Of a stretch of 64,000 bases of DNA, positions 1-9,466 are shown piece after piece. The translations under genes were made by a program, and so were the position numbers. This stretch comes from a virus: positions 4,570-68,569 of the IMG/VR virus record IMGVR_UViG_3300021373_001378, one strand, 5' to 3'. Within the stretch, counting starts at the first letter, position 1; the number at the start of each line of letters is the position of its first letter. The notes beneath the pieces are model-generated. The model searched no databases, was not told the origin of the DNA, and saw only the letters and a list, made by a program, of their open reading frames with translations.

Positions 1-307
1 TTGTTTCTATTATAAAGTTTTCGCCTATAAAATCTGGTGTGTATTTAATTGGTAGTATTCTTTTACAACCTCTATTTTTAAATATACCTTTACTGTTAGA
101 TTGTCTTTCGTATACTTTGTTTTCAAAATGAAAACCATTTACTAGTACAAAAGTTTCACCTTCATATTTAGCCCTTATGCCTGCTTTTTTTAACGAGCAA
201 TACATATATTTTTCTAAACCTGAAGCGAATTGGATCCCATCATATATAATTTTCTTAGATACAACAGGACCTCTTTTTTTTCTTCTTTTATAAGGTTTTT
301 TCATCAT
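1..307 (-). CDS. PD-(D/E)xK endonuclease, T7 endonuclease I/DUF1064-like (3' end runs off window)
   Basis: Manual translation MMKKPYKRRKKRGPVVSKKIIYDGIQFASGLEKYMY...IKYTPDFIGENFIIET; FxSxLE and YTPDF...IIE(T)K motifs. Confidence 0.7.
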   Translation of the reverse strand, partial: MMKKPYKRRKKRGPVVSKKIIYDGIQFASGLEKYMYCSLKKAGIRAKYEGETFVLVNGFHFENKVYERQSNSKGIFKNRGCKRILPIKYTPDFIGENFIIET

Positions 308-617
308 GTACTTCTATGTCGCCTAAAGGATCATAATCATAATGCTCTCCTGTGTTACCATTTTGAGCTATTATATTTATTCTTCTTAGCATAGACTCCT
401 CTATCTCGTCTTGCAAACATCTTTTTGCAGCTTCAATATATAATAATGCATCCATTAATTCTTCTTGTACGTCAATTAAAAATCTATTTAAATCTTTTTC
501 TTGACCTTCAATTTCTTGCATCATCGTGGCTCCATACTTTTTTTGGCCTATTAAACTTCGTTCGTCCATTTTAGCTAATACAGCTTGGACTATTTTATCT
601 TTAGTTTTAATCTTCAT
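288..617 (-). CDS. Hypothetical protein, possible all-alpha NTP pyrophosphohydrolase-like
   Basis: KKYGATM...DVQEELMDALLYIE acidic helix (EExxD) in a nucleotide-metabolism context. Confidence 0.45.
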   Translation of the reverse strand: MKIKTKDKIVQAVLAKMDERSLIGQKKYGATMMQEIEGQEKDLNRFLIDVQEELMDALLYIEAAKRCLQDEIEESMLRRINIIAQNGNTGEHYDYDPLGDIEVHDEKTL

Positions 618-1368
618 CTTTTACAAATGTTCCGTTAATCATTTTACCTGTTCTCTTATTAATTACTTCATAAGCTGTTTGTATACACTCTTCTATATAA
701 ACACCTCGCTGATGAGCTAGGTTTGTTAATACAACAACCATATCACCTATAGCATCAATAACTTCTGGTTGATCATCTTTTAATAAAGCTTTAGCTAATT
801 CACCAGCCTCTTCTTGTAATTTAACATATTGAATTTTTGGATTACCACTTTTATATAAACCTCTTATTTCAGCCCATGTTCTTATTTTATTAAAAATATC
901 AATAGGTGAAAACTTAGGTTCAATTAAATCTGGTTTTAAATATTCTGCAAAAGCTTTATTATATACATAAGATCTGTTGTCATTGTACATAGAAACTTTA
1001 GCATTTTTCATTATCCATTGAATTGTCTGCATATCTAAATGGAAGGTACCATGAGATGTTTCCCATTCCATACCTATATTATCCATAAGATGTCCTTTTA
1101 ATTTGTTTAAAGGACAGGCAAACGTTGAAGTTTGTTCTGTTACGTTTATTTTCATTTTATTAACTACGTTTTTATATTTTTTTCTATCTACTTTATAGCC
1201 ATAAGACTTTTGAAGCTCTATCTCTTTGTCCGATATATAATTTATATCGTCCGACTGATCAAGAACTTCATATTCGTTAGGTTTATAACCCTGAATTAAC
1301 GTAACTCTTGTATTAAGATCACGCGTAACTCCGATTTTTTTACCTGGTATGTGGTATAAATAATACAT
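607..1368 (-). CDS. MazG-like NTP pyrophosphohydrolase with N-terminal GIY-YIG-like segment
   Basis: C-terminal KLQEEAGELAKA...VIDAIGDMVVVLTNLA MazG motif; N-terminal YLYHIPGKKIGVTRDLNTR. Confidence 0.75.
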   Translation of the reverse strand: MYYLYHIPGKKIGVTRDLNTRVTLIQGYKPNEYEVLDQSDDINYISDKEIELQKSYGYKVDRKKYKNVVNKMKINVTEQTSTFACPLNKLKGHLMDNIGMEWETSHGTFHLDMQTIQWIMKNAKVSMYNDNRSYVYNKAFAEYLKPDLIEPKFSPIDIFNKIRTWAEIRGLYKSGNPKIQYVKLQEEAGELAKALLKDDQPEVIDAIGDMVVVLTNLAHQRGVYIEECIQTAYEVINKRTGKMINGTFVKDED

Positions 1369-1369
1369 A

Positions 1370-2017
1370 TTATGTTATTTTATCGTTATACAAATGTAAG
1401 TTGTGTGCAAAATGGTAATAAGTACCGATCTCATATCCTGTCCTCTCTGAGACTAATTTTTGTAACATTGAAAAACAATACTGATCATTACAGAAACCAT
1501 ACCAGAGATCATTAGATCGCATTACAACTGACATATTTAATTTATTGTTTAATACTGTAAACTGAACTGCATACGTACAAGGTGTATCTTTGCGGTATGT
1601 TTCAAATTCTTTACAGTCATATATACTAATAGCTGCATGTCTAGTGTTTGGATTATCTTTTAACTTAGCTACAACATAATCTAACTGATGATTACGTTCC
1701 CACTGATAACCATAATTACTATTAACATTACCATCACTATCAGCCATACGCTCCCATATCGGTGGTATCTTACCATATATCTGTCCTAGTTTAATTATAT
1801 TAGGATCACCTGATAAATACCACTGCCATTCAGCTTCTGCATATTCATGATTCCATTTTCTGTGTTTAGCTAATATATGGTTATCCATAGGTTTTTCTAT
1901 ATAAAAGCCTACATTAAATAAAGCTCTTGTATTGTCAAACTCTACTCCATCAAAAGTTATTTTTGGAAAAAAATAATTAAATGCATCACTTGCTGTTTGA
2001 AACTTTGTTTTTGTCAT
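1370..2017 (-). CDS. Thymidylate synthase-family protein, dCMP hydroxymethylase-like
   Basis: PC catalytic motif (DTPCT), MRSNDLWYGFCND, NSNYG, HNLHLY; likely start MTKTKF at 2017. Confidence 0.85.
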   Translation of the reverse strand: MTKTKFQTASDAFNYFFPKITFDGVEFDNTRALFNVGFYIEKPMDNHILAKHRKWNHEYAEAEWQWYLSGDPNIIKLGQIYGKIPPIWERMADSDGNVNSNYGYQWERNHQLDYVVAKLKDNPNTRHAAISIYDCKEFETYRKDTPCTYAVQFTVLNNKLNMSVVMRSNDLWYGFCNDQYCFSMLQKLVSERTGYEIGTYYHFAHNLHLYNDKIT

Positions 2018-2258
2018 AATAAAATCTATATAATTCAAATATTTTCTTGTTAATTTGTCTACCGTCATATTTAAATGGCGATCGTTTTTTTGCTCCGTTA
2101 ACCTCTACGTCTATCCACCAGTAGTAATTGTCATAATCACTACTTGCAGCCCATGGAGATATTTTAATACCATTTCTTACACACCATAAATATGCTTCAG
2201 TATCTTCATCAGTCCATTCTGGAGCTACAACAAGAACTTTTTTCTTACGCCAAGCCAT
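1986..2258 (-). CDS. Hypothetical protein
   Basis: ORF in operon; ATG (MAWRKKK) overlaps the primase-helicase stop. Confidence 0.6.
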   Translation of the reverse strand: MAWRKKKVLVVAPEWTDEDTEAYLWCVRNGIKISPWAASSDYDNYYWWIDVEVNGAKKRSPFKYDGRQINKKIFELYRFYYDKNKVSNSK

Positions 2259-3976
2259 TAATCCCAAGGCATAGCTTCGTCATCAGCCATAACTGGTAAG
2301 ACGTGTGGAACAAAACAACCTGATCTAGGTTCCCATTTAAAATGAGCTTCAGCACCATTTTCACCTAAGTTTTGAAACTTAACTTTAAGTATTTTAGCTT
2401 TTACAGTTTTAGCCTCATAATCTCTATGAACTAATATACCGTGATAACTAGCATCATACCATTCACCACCACCTTTTATATTATACATTGTAGGTTCTTC
2501 TATATTACCTTCTTTATCTCTGTACATTTTAGTTGGATGTGCTACTATAAAAACCAATACATCATACTTTTTAGCAAACGTTTCAATTTTAGTCAGATAT
2601 TCCATTGTGTATCTATTTACATCTTCAGTTTTACAATCAACATCTCTAACTTTATTAAATGGGTCTATGACTAAACATTTAATACCTTTACGTTTTACTA
2701 GTTCAGCACCTTTTCTTAATACTGATTCTAATGTATAACGTTCCATGTCTATAAAAAAGAAATTATCGTTTACATGTTCTGCAACTTTATTCCATTTGTC
2801 TGTACCTATATCATTTCTTGTAGGCATATCTTGCCAAACCTTTCTCATTAATTTATGAGCATGTAAATATGTAGGAGCATTTTCAGGAGATGCAAAAGCT
2901 GTTTTCCATGCATACTTCTGATTATAACCTACTACCATCTGATCAACGAAGTCTGATTTTCCGCTACTAGGTATGCCAGTAACAGTGATAAACTGACCAG
3001 TATAAGTACTGAAAATATCGTCAAAATTAGGTATGCCAATTTGATAACCAGGCTTGAAACCGTTTTTAACAAAGTCTGTGATTTCATCTTCTATATCTTT
3101 TAATGTGGTTACATTTTCTAATGGAACTGGTCTTGCTCCTTCAATACGTTTAATTAATTTTTCTTTACCGTATTTTATTAAATACTCATTAGCATCTTTA
3201 CAGTCTTCAAATGTAACTAAAAAACAAACTTCAGCACCAAGACGTCTAATTAACTCTTGTTGTAAAGCTTGACCTGGTTCGTCATTATCTACAGCTAGTA
3301 TTACTTTTTCTTTATCTTCAAAGTAATCTATACAGTTATCTAAATAGTCTAAGTTGTTAGAATTTAATGTAGCTCCGTTGGGTACTGATATTGCATTAGT
3401 AATTCCAGCTTCATGTAATGCTAACACATCCATTTCACCTTCAGTTATAACGCAATTGTCATAACCAACTATACTGTTTATGTTGTAAAATACTTTTTCA
3501 GCACCTTTATATAACTTAAAATTCTTACGACCGTCTCTATATTTTACATTAATAAGCTGATCGCCTATTATGTAATTAAATTTAATGGTGTTCTCGGACT
3601 TGCCGGTTTGTGGCATAAACTCAGGACCCTCGCTGACTTTTAAATCAGCAAGAGTCTTTTGAGATATACCTCTTGTTTTAAACCATTCCTCTACTTTTGT
3701 ACCTGGCGCGTGTATAGCAACTGGTTCTGGTCTAACATAAATCTTTTCGCTAGCTCCTTTACGCTGGTATGTATGTAGTTGAAATGATGAATCACAATGG
3801 TGACAAGTACCCAAACCTCTTTCCCAATCATAACTAGCACATTTAGCCTTTTGATTTTTAGGCTTCCTATCATGTGAACACAGGGGACAAATCCCCTGCG
3901 TTTTACCTACATCTAAGTTATGTTGGTTAAACTGGTCGATTAAAAAACCATTAATCTCCGTGTTGTTTACTTGCAT
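2258..3976 (-). CDS. DNA primase-helicase (T7 gp4/Twinkle-like)
   Basis: N-terminal CPLC..CHHC Zn finger, TOPRIM EGEMD and DND, Walker A GIPSSGKS, LVIDP, VAHP. Confidence 0.93.
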   Translation of the reverse strand: MQVNNTEINGFLIDQFNQHNLDVGKTQGICPLCSHDRKPKNQKAKCASYDWERGLGTCHHCDSSFQLHTYQRKGASEKIYVRPEPVAIHAPGTKVEEWFKTRGISQKTLADLKVSEGPEFMPQTGKSENTIKFNYIIGDQLINVKYRDGRKNFKLYKGAEKVFYNINSIVGYDNCVITEGEMDVLALHEAGITNAISVPNGATLNSNNLDYLDNCIDYFEDKEKVILAVDNDEPGQALQQELIRRLGAEVCFLVTFEDCKDANEYLIKYGKEKLIKRIEGARPVPLENVTTLKDIEDEITDFVKNGFKPGYQIGIPNFDDIFSTYTGQFITVTGIPSSGKSDFVDQMVVGYNQKYAWKTAFASPENAPTYLHAHKLMRKVWQDMPTRNDIGTDKWNKVAEHVNDNFFFIDMERYTLESVLRKGAELVKRKGIKCLVIDPFNKVRDVDCKTEDVNRYTMEYLTKIETFAKKYDVLVFIVAHPTKMYRDKEGNIEEPTMYNIKGGGEWYDASYHGILVHRDYEAKTVKAKILKVKFQNLGENGAEAHFKWEPRSGCFVPHVLPVMADDEAMPWD

Positions 3977-3986
3977 TTATTATTAT

Positions 3987-4298
3987 TTAAAATGGTAAAT
4001 CATCTTCAATAGCTTGAGCTGGTGCAGCTGTTGGAGCTGTTGCCTGCTGTGGGTTATCAAATTTCTTAACTTCTCCGTTGGTCCATACTAATTTTACATT
4101 ACCTAAATATGTCTTTGCTTGTTTCGCTTCGCGTTCTTCTTTGCTCTGCGATACAATGACTGGACCTTGATTACCGAACTGATCAAGCTCATCATTAAGA
4201 GTAATACTGATAGGTAAGTATTTACCTTTCTTACCAACGATGATCTTATCTTTAGGTATTTCATTTAGATTAATGCTTGCTGCTAATATTAATGCCAT
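3987..4298 (-). CDS. Putative single-stranded DNA-binding protein
   Basis: Small beta-rich protein with acidic C-terminal EDDLPF tail, next to primase-helicase. Confidence 0.7.
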   Translation of the reverse strand: MALILAASINLNEIPKDKIIVGKKGKYLPISITLNDELDQFGNQGPVIVSQSKEEREAKQAKTYLGNVKLVWTNGEVKKFDNPQQATAPTAAPAQAIEDDLPF

Positions 4299-4516
4299 TA
4301 TACTGCCGTTTGAAATAAATTATTAAACATAGTTCTTAGCTCAGTAGTTCCTACTGTAGCTCCTGTAGCTTGTAATCTTCTTCTAAAATTATCTGCTTTC
4401 TTACTATATGCGTGTAAACCATCATTTGATGTTTTGTTTGCATAAAATTCTGACGTTGGAAATGTCATTCCTGTCATTGCACATTGCTTAGTTGTTACTT
4501 TTTTTCTTCTTGCCAT
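4298..4516 (-). CDS. Hypothetical basic protein
   Basis: ORF overlapping neighbours in the replication operon. Confidence 0.6.
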   Translation of the reverse strand: MARRKKVTTKQCAMTGMTFPTSEFYANKTSNDGLHAYSKKADNFRRRLQATGATVGTTELRTMFNNLFQTAV

Positions 4517-4527
4517 AATAATTGGTT

Positions 4528-5256
4528 TTAAAGGGTTTTACTAATAAAATATTGTTTCGGATCGAAACTGTCTGTCTTATAAAACAGATCGTAAGCCTCA
4601 CTGGCTCTTTTAACCTTGTCTTGCCCAGCTTCATAAAACTGAGGCGAACAGTCAAATATACCTATTTGATGTGTTTTTTTGTCTATAACTATAAACATAA
4701 ATTCATAACCAAATAGACTACTATAAATAAAAGCTTGACTATCGTAATTGTATTTAGATGCTGAGAATTTAAACTTAGAAAGATCTGCTGTAGTTTTTAA
4801 ATCAATAATTAATTTTTCATCGTGATTAACTATATCAGCTTTGCCTTTCCACATTTGACCTTCAAGCTCTGTAATACCAGGTTTTTCGTATTCAACATTA
4901 CCTGTTATTAAACTTTTACATACATCATTACTCATGATTTTTTCTCTCATTAATTCTATAGAGTCAACTTCATGTTGTAACAAGCATAGCTCTCCTCCAG
5001 CTATGTCTTTGTAAGCTTTTGTATTTCTAGTAGACGATTTCACAACTTTATATTTATCAAGCTTATTAGGCTCTAATATAGCTGTGTGAAAGTAGCCACC
5101 AACTAAAAATGCAGCTGATGGTTTTGACTGTTGTCCAAGTGCTAAAGGGTTGTTTAATAAAGCTGAAATATCTGAGTTACTTAAGTATTGTTTACCAAAG
5201 TCACCGTAGTAATGCTCATCAATTTTAAGCTTATCTAACACCTCTTTTTTAGTCAT
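4528..5256 (-). CDS. PD-(D/E)xK exonuclease (RecE/exonuclease VIII-like)
   Basis: LSNSDI, GGYFHTAILEP, KGKADIV...IIDLKTT, YDSQAFIY motifs. Confidence 0.85.
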   Translation of the reverse strand: MTKKEVLDKLKIDEHYYGDFGKQYLSNSDISALLNNPLALGQQSKPSAAFLVGGYFHTAILEPNKLDKYKVVKSSTRNTKAYKDIAGGELCLLQHEVDSIELMREKIMSNDVCKSLITGNVEYEKPGITELEGQMWKGKADIVNHDEKLIIDLKTTADLSKFKFSASKYNYDSQAFIYSSLFGYEFMFIVIDKKTHQIGIFDCSPQFYEAGQDKVKRASEAYDLFYKTDSFDPKQYFISKTL

Positions 5257-5257
5257 A

Positions 5258-5764
5258 CTATAATGTTATTTGTTTTTCAATTTCAGGAGTTACATTATAT
5301 TTCTTTTTGATAGCCTCAAGCTTACCGCCGGCTTGTACAAAGCTTTTTGCTTTTTCTATAGCAGCTTTATTCATTGGCAAACCATTTGTTGCGTCTGCAT
5401 CTTGAGTGTCATCAATTAGGAATAAATTTCCTAGTGCATACTTCTTACCATAACTCGAGGCTGTACCAAACTGTTGTGGAGTTTGCATACCTTTTTGTTG
5501 AAGGTCTACACCTACAAGAGCTACTGCGTGTATAGCATTTTCGCCATCACTAACAGTAGCTTTTGATTCAATTATAGGTATAGGATTAGCTTCTATAAGT
5601 TTTTCGCTTATAGTAACCGTTACTCCTAGTTCTAATAAATAGGGTTTTGTAGCTTCGAGAATGTCTTCGGCTGATCTGAAGTAATATTTGCCGAATGAAT
5701 TAAATCTACTTTTTTTCGATTTAAATTTTGTTTGGATTGTGGCTAATTTCTGGTTTAAGGTCAT
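5258..5764 (-). CDS. erf: ERF-family ssDNA annealing protein
   Basis: NSFGKYYFRSAEDILE and QQFGTASSYGKKYALGNLFLIDDTQDAD ERF signature. Confidence 0.88.
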   Translation of the reverse strand: MTLNQKLATIQTKFKSKKSRFNSFGKYYFRSAEDILEATKPYLLELGVTVTISEKLIEANPIPIIESKATVSDGENAIHAVALVGVDLQQKGMQTPQQFGTASSYGKKYALGNLFLIDDTQDADATNGLPMNKAAIEKAKSFVQAGGKLEAIKKKYNVTPEIEKQITL

Positions 5765-5770
5765 AGTTAT

Positions 5771-5797
5771 ATAATTACATGTTTTTAATTAAACTTA
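5771..5797 (-). promoter_or_regulatory. Class II (middle/late) phage promoter TAA-N14-ATGTAATTAT
   Basis: Matches four plus-strand copies with identical spacing; lies just upstream of the erf operon. Confidence 0.6.
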
Positions 5798-5817
5798 AAT
5801 TTATATCAATGTGTAAC

Positions 5818-6582
5818 CTACAGATAATCAATCACTTGCGAGTGATCTACATTATCTATAAGACGTTGTATTCCTTCACGTTTTATCTGTGAAATACGTA
5901 CATGAGCTGTGCTTACGTTTATACCTAGTTTAGCTGCTATTTCATTAGCAGAATGTTTGTCACAATTTAAACCATAGCTTAATCTTATGACTTCGTATTG
6001 TTTAGCATCTAAATGAGTTTTCATTAATGATAATAAATAAGTATTTAGTAAAGCTATATTATATGGTTCAGACTTATCTATAACTTGATAAGCCATATTG
6101 TCATCATCATTAGGTTTATCATCAATACTAGAAAATACACTATTAAAAAACATAGCTACCATCCTTTCATCTTTAGGATTTCTACGTATTTCATTTAGTT
6201 TATGTTCAGGTATTCTTATATCACCCCTATGTTTGTCTACAGCTCTTCTAATAGCTCCTTTAATTCTTTTTGATAAGAAAGATTTTAATGTTTTTTCTTG
6301 ATCATCTGAACTTTTTAAAAGAGTTCTATCTACTTTACCTACAGCTGCTGTTAATGCTAAATTACCTTCTTGTATTAAATCATTTATACTCATAACACCT
6401 GATGCTTGTTGTGATGTTGATTGTTTGTGAGCTAGATTAAATACTAGTAACAAAAATGTTTTAATCATTTCATCATTAGTAAGGGGAGTATAATCACCAT
6501 CAATTATTTCAGGTAATGTTTTTTGTATTTCCTCCACTTCTAATTTATATCTTACATAATTTTGAACGTTATATTTTTTCAT
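5818..6582 (-). CDS. Phage sigma-70 family factor
   Basis: Region 2 DLIQEGNLAL..AV, IRIPEH, region 4 VIRLSYGL...EIAAKLGI...RISQIKREGIQRL. Confidence 0.9.
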   Translation of the reverse strand: MKKYNVQNYVRYKLEVEEIQKTLPEIIDGDYTPLTNDEMIKTFLLLVFNLAHKQSTSQQASGVMSINDLIQEGNLALTAAVGKVDRTLLKSSDDQEKTLKSFLSKRIKGAIRRAVDKHRGDIRIPEHKLNEIRRNPKDERMVAMFFNSVFSSIDDKPNDDDNMAYQVIDKSEPYNIALLNTYLLSLMKTHLDAKQYEVIRLSYGLNCDKHSANEIAAKLGINVSTAHVRISQIKREGIQRLIDNVDHSQVIDYL

Positions 6583-7210
6583 TTTCTTTATTTAAAAGTT
6601 CTTTTTCTTTTTTAAGTTCATAGCTCATGTTTCTATGTATTGTTCTTACTGAACAATTTAATAGGCTAGCTATACGGCCTATAGTTATTTTCTTACCCAT
6701 TTCGTGTAAATCAATCATACACTCATATATATCGTCTTGATGTATTCTTTTAGATCTACCTATTAGTTTACCTACTATACTTAGTTTTTCGCTAAGACTC
6801 AAACCGCAACCTTGTTTAAATACAACTTTACGCAGTTTGTTTTTAGGTGGTTCTTCAAGATCTAACATGCTAACGTCATATACTATTTTCTTTAATAATT
6901 GTTTAGGTATATCAAATGCTATAAAACCATATTTATAATCTGCTATTATTTCCGACAGCTCATGAAATTCATTTTGATCAAGCTGAGGATTTAAATACCA
7001 TAGAACTAACAAATGCCATTTTAAAGATTTATAAGTAGTTATTTTAGCTTTACTTCTAAATAAATGATAGCATTCGTGAGTTCCGTTTTCATAAAAGTTA
7101 TAATGTTTAGTCGATGCAGTTGGTATATCATTAACTGGATCTCGTCTGTACACTATTCGCCTCTTATTCAGGTAGTTAAGGTATCTTGGTATGGTTATGT
7201 ATCGTGACAT
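6569..7210 (-). CDS. DNA-binding protein with C-terminal HTH (possible replication initiator/regulator)
   Basis: KITIGRIASLLNCSVRTIHRNM HTH; start codon lies inside an inverted-repeat site. Confidence 0.6.
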   Translation of the reverse strand: MSRYITIPRYLNYLNKRRIVYRRDPVNDIPTASTKHYNFYENGTHECYHLFRSKAKITTYKSLKWHLLVLWYLNPQLDQNEFHELSEIIADYKYGFIAFDIPKQLLKKIVYDVSMLDLEEPPKNKLRKVVFKQGCGLSLSEKLSIVGKLIGRSKRIHQDDIYECMIDLHEMGKKITIGRIASLLNCSVRTIHRNMSYELKKEKELLNKENEKI

Positions 7211-7249
7211 TTGCCTATTACTCTATTTATTATATACCCTTTTGTCACG
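7203..7249. promoter_or_regulatory. Inverted-repeat site CGTGACA-N33-TGTCACG (copy 1)
   Basis: Similar to 14621-14666 in both arms and spacer. Confidence 0.65.
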
Positions 7250-7345
7250 TCTTTTTCTAGGTTTTTGAAAGTTTTTAACTTTCTCTGCAATATTGAAAAC
7301 ATTAGTTTTCATAAGATGCTTAATTTGTTGTGATGTTTTACTCAT
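7223..7345 (-). CDS. Small basic hypothetical protein (40 aa)
   Basis: Manual translation MSKTSQQIKHLMKTNVFNIAEKVKNFQKPRKRRDKRVYNK; fills operon gap. Confidence 0.5.
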   Translation of the reverse strand: MSKTSQQIKHLMKTNVFNIAEKVKNFQKPRKRRDKRVYNK

Positions 7346-7679
7346 ATAATTCAATTTTTACGTTAGTCCATTTACCGCCTTTCATAGTTGTATCAACAAG
7401 AAAATCTATTCTATTAGTCCATCGTTTATTCATACGATCTCTAATAACCCAAAGGCCATCCATATCACCTGCTCCAGTTACACGTATTACTTTATTCATA
7501 GTAAAACCTTTTTTTTCTAGATCTCTAGACACGGCTACAATTCTGTGTATAGCAGGATTTGACATATCTATTTTAAAATTAGTAGCAGTTCTATCAGGCG
7601 TACTGTCGGTTTGTGAGGGAGTCGCATGATATATAGTAGCGGTCACAGTCAATAGGGTACTTAGTATAAGGTTGTTCAT
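7338..7679 (-). CDS. 3D/RlpA-like double-psi barrel protein (putative peptidoglycan lytic enzyme)
   Basis: VTATIYHA..QTDSTP..TA, VAVSRDL, DRMNKRWTNRIDFLV; hydrophobic N-terminus. Confidence 0.7.
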   Translation of the reverse strand: MNNLILSTLLTVTATIYHATPSQTDSTPDRTATNFKIDMSNPAIHRIVAVSRDLEKKGFTMNKVIRVTGAGDMDGLWVIRDRMNKRWTNRIDFLVDTTMKGGKWTNVKIELYE

Positions 7680-8121
7680 TTTTATTTATTATAGTTTTTT
7701 TATCATTAATATAATAATTCCAATAAGCTTTTACAGAATTATTTTCTACTTTATATTCATCAGGCATGCACTGAGGCGGCTGTTTAAACGAACCGCCTGG
7801 TATGTTTGGAGGGTAATGAGATAAAGGTTCTTTACATTTAGTTATTGTCAAATGTTTTTTACCGTACCTTTGCGTGTACTCATGACCTAGTCCTAACATA
7901 TAGTTATATAACCATCTGTAATGGTTTTTATTTTCACGACACCAAATGGTAGAAGGATGATTATAATGAGCTTTTTTATAAGGTACATTATCTCCGTTAC
8001 CGTAATGGTGGTGAGCAGTGCATAACATCTGAGCTGCTTCGAGTATCATCTTAACTTTATGCTTGTCATAATGATAAGCTGCAGCTTCATAAGGATCTGG
8101 GTGTAAATAAAATATATTCAT
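7594..8121 (-). CDS. Pyrimidine dimer DNA glycosylase (DenV/Pyr_excise-like)
   Basis: MNIFYL..DP..AA...DKH.VKMILEAAQMLCTAH, HYNHPSTIW, PQCMPDEYK. Confidence 0.8.
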   Translation of the reverse strand: MNIFYLHPDPYEAAAYHYDKHKVKMILEAAQMLCTAHHHYGNGDNVPYKKAHYNHPSTIWCRENKNHYRWLYNYMLGLGHEYTQRYGKKHLTITKCKEPLSHYPPNIPGGSFKQPPQCMPDEYKVENNSVKAYWNYYINDKKTIINKNEQPYTKYPIDCDRYYISCDSLTNRQYA

Positions 8122-8228
8122 TTATATCTTTTATTTTCTAGTCTATTATAATGTTTGTCTAATAAGAGGTTTGCTACCTCTTCTGATATTAAGTTTTCGT
8201 TGTATAATTGCCATATTAGTTTACTCAT
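8118..8228 (-). CDS. Small hypothetical protein (36 aa)
   Basis: MSKLIWQLYNENLISEEVANLLLDKHYNRLENKRYK; ATGA-coupled to neighbours. Confidence 0.5.
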   Translation of the reverse strand: MSKLIWQLYNENLISEEVANLLLDKHYNRLENKRYK

Positions 8229-8332
8229 AATACTATTATTTTTAATTTATGAACAAAATCATATGCATCTATATGGCCTTCTTCAAATTCCCATATTAAA
8301 TCTTTTATTTTTTCTTGTACTTTTTTATTCAT
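8225..8332 (-). CDS. Small hypothetical protein (35 aa)
   Basis: MNKKVQEKIKDLIWEFEEGHIDAYDFVHKLKIIVL; overlaps ligase stop and next ATG. Confidence 0.5.
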   Translation of the reverse strand: MNKKVQEKIKDLIWEFEEGHIDAYDFVHKLKIIVL

Positions 8333-9179
8333 AATTTCTGATAGTTTTAAATAATGGATGTCTGTAACTACCGGCTTGAGTACGTTCAAAATATGTAAAC
8401 GTAGCTGTTTTACCTATGTAGTCATGAATGTTTTTAAGCATATCGGCTAGAGCTTTGTAGTTGTAACCTTTACCTGGAGGACAACCAAACTTGTTACCAT
8501 CATCATCTTGCATTAAGAACTTGCCAAGAGTACCTTCACGTTTGCCTTTACCTTCTTCGTAGCCAATAATTGTAGCTTCGGTGTCACTAAAGTCTTTAAA
8601 CTTTTGTAAATTGTAAGAACGTTTTTGCTCATAAGGTTTGTCTAGACGTAGTATAGAGCCTTCGTAACCATTATTTAAGTTATATTGATGTCTTAATTGT
8701 GCAGACTCTTTAGAATTAACTAGATTAGTTTCTACATATTTAATACAATAATTGTACATGTCAGAACAAGTTAGTTGATCAGATCTGTAACTATAAGGTT
8801 TATTCATTACTGTTTCTATATAGTCATAACAATGAAACTGTATTAGTTTTTTAGCATCAGCTTTATCAACATCAGTTGGTTTTTGTTTTCTAACAAGAGA
8901 TATAATTTTTTCAAAGTCATCTTTAAGATCATGATTGTATAATTCACCGTCAAGAACTATATCTACGTTTGCATTATCAAAAAAGAATTCTCTAAGAGAG
9001 TCTTTAATATGTTCAAGATTGTGAAATTCTTTACCTGTTCTAGAAAAACAAACTATTTCTTCTTTGTCGTTGACATATATAACACAACGTACGCCGTCAA
9101 GCTTAGGTTGAATGTATACTTTCTCGGACCAGTCTACAGGTTTTTTGTCTACTTTGTATGCGAGCATTGGTTTAATCAT
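8325..9179 (-). CDS. lig: ATP-dependent DNA ligase
   Basis: KPMLA, QPKLDGVR, LDGELY, YEGSILR, KRSYNLQKFK, RHPLF motifs. Confidence 0.93.
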   Translation of the reverse strand: MIKPMLAYKVDKKPVDWSEKVYIQPKLDGVRCVIYVNDKEEIVCFSRTGKEFHNLEHIKDSLREFFFDNANVDIVLDGELYNHDLKDDFEKIISLVRKQKPTDVDKADAKKLIQFHCYDYIETVMNKPYSYRSDQLTCSDMYNYCIKYVETNLVNSKESAQLRHQYNLNNGYEGSILRLDKPYEQKRSYNLQKFKDFSDTEATIIGYEEGKGKREGTLGKFLMQDDDGNKFGCPPGKGYNYKALADMLKNIHDYIGKTATFTYFERTQAGSYRHPLFKTIRNYE

Positions 9180-9466
9180 AATTTATTTATTTTATTTTGA
9201 ATTTTTATTATTTTATTTTTAAGTACATTAGCTTTTTCGTATTCTTCATTGTCTACATATTTATTTTGTAGCATACAAAGTCTACCAAGCTCATCTTGTA
9301 GTATTTCTCGTTCAGATAATATATTATCGTATATATCTTCTGGACCAGTTATATTTTCTTCTTCAATATATTTAATACCATAATGAGCAGTTTCAGGATT
9401 TATAAATTCATTATATAAATCTCGTTTAATTCTATTTAATAGGTTTTCGTATTCTTGTTCAGTCAT
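9176..9466 (-). CDS. Hypothetical protein with C-terminal UVR-like helix
   Basis: EEYEKANVLKNKI resembles a UVR coiled coil. Confidence 0.55.
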   Translation of the reverse strand: MTEQEYENLLNRIKRDLYNEFINPETAHYGIKYIEEENITGPEDIYDNILSEREILQDELGRLCMLQNKYVDNEEYEKANVLKNKIIKIQNKINKL

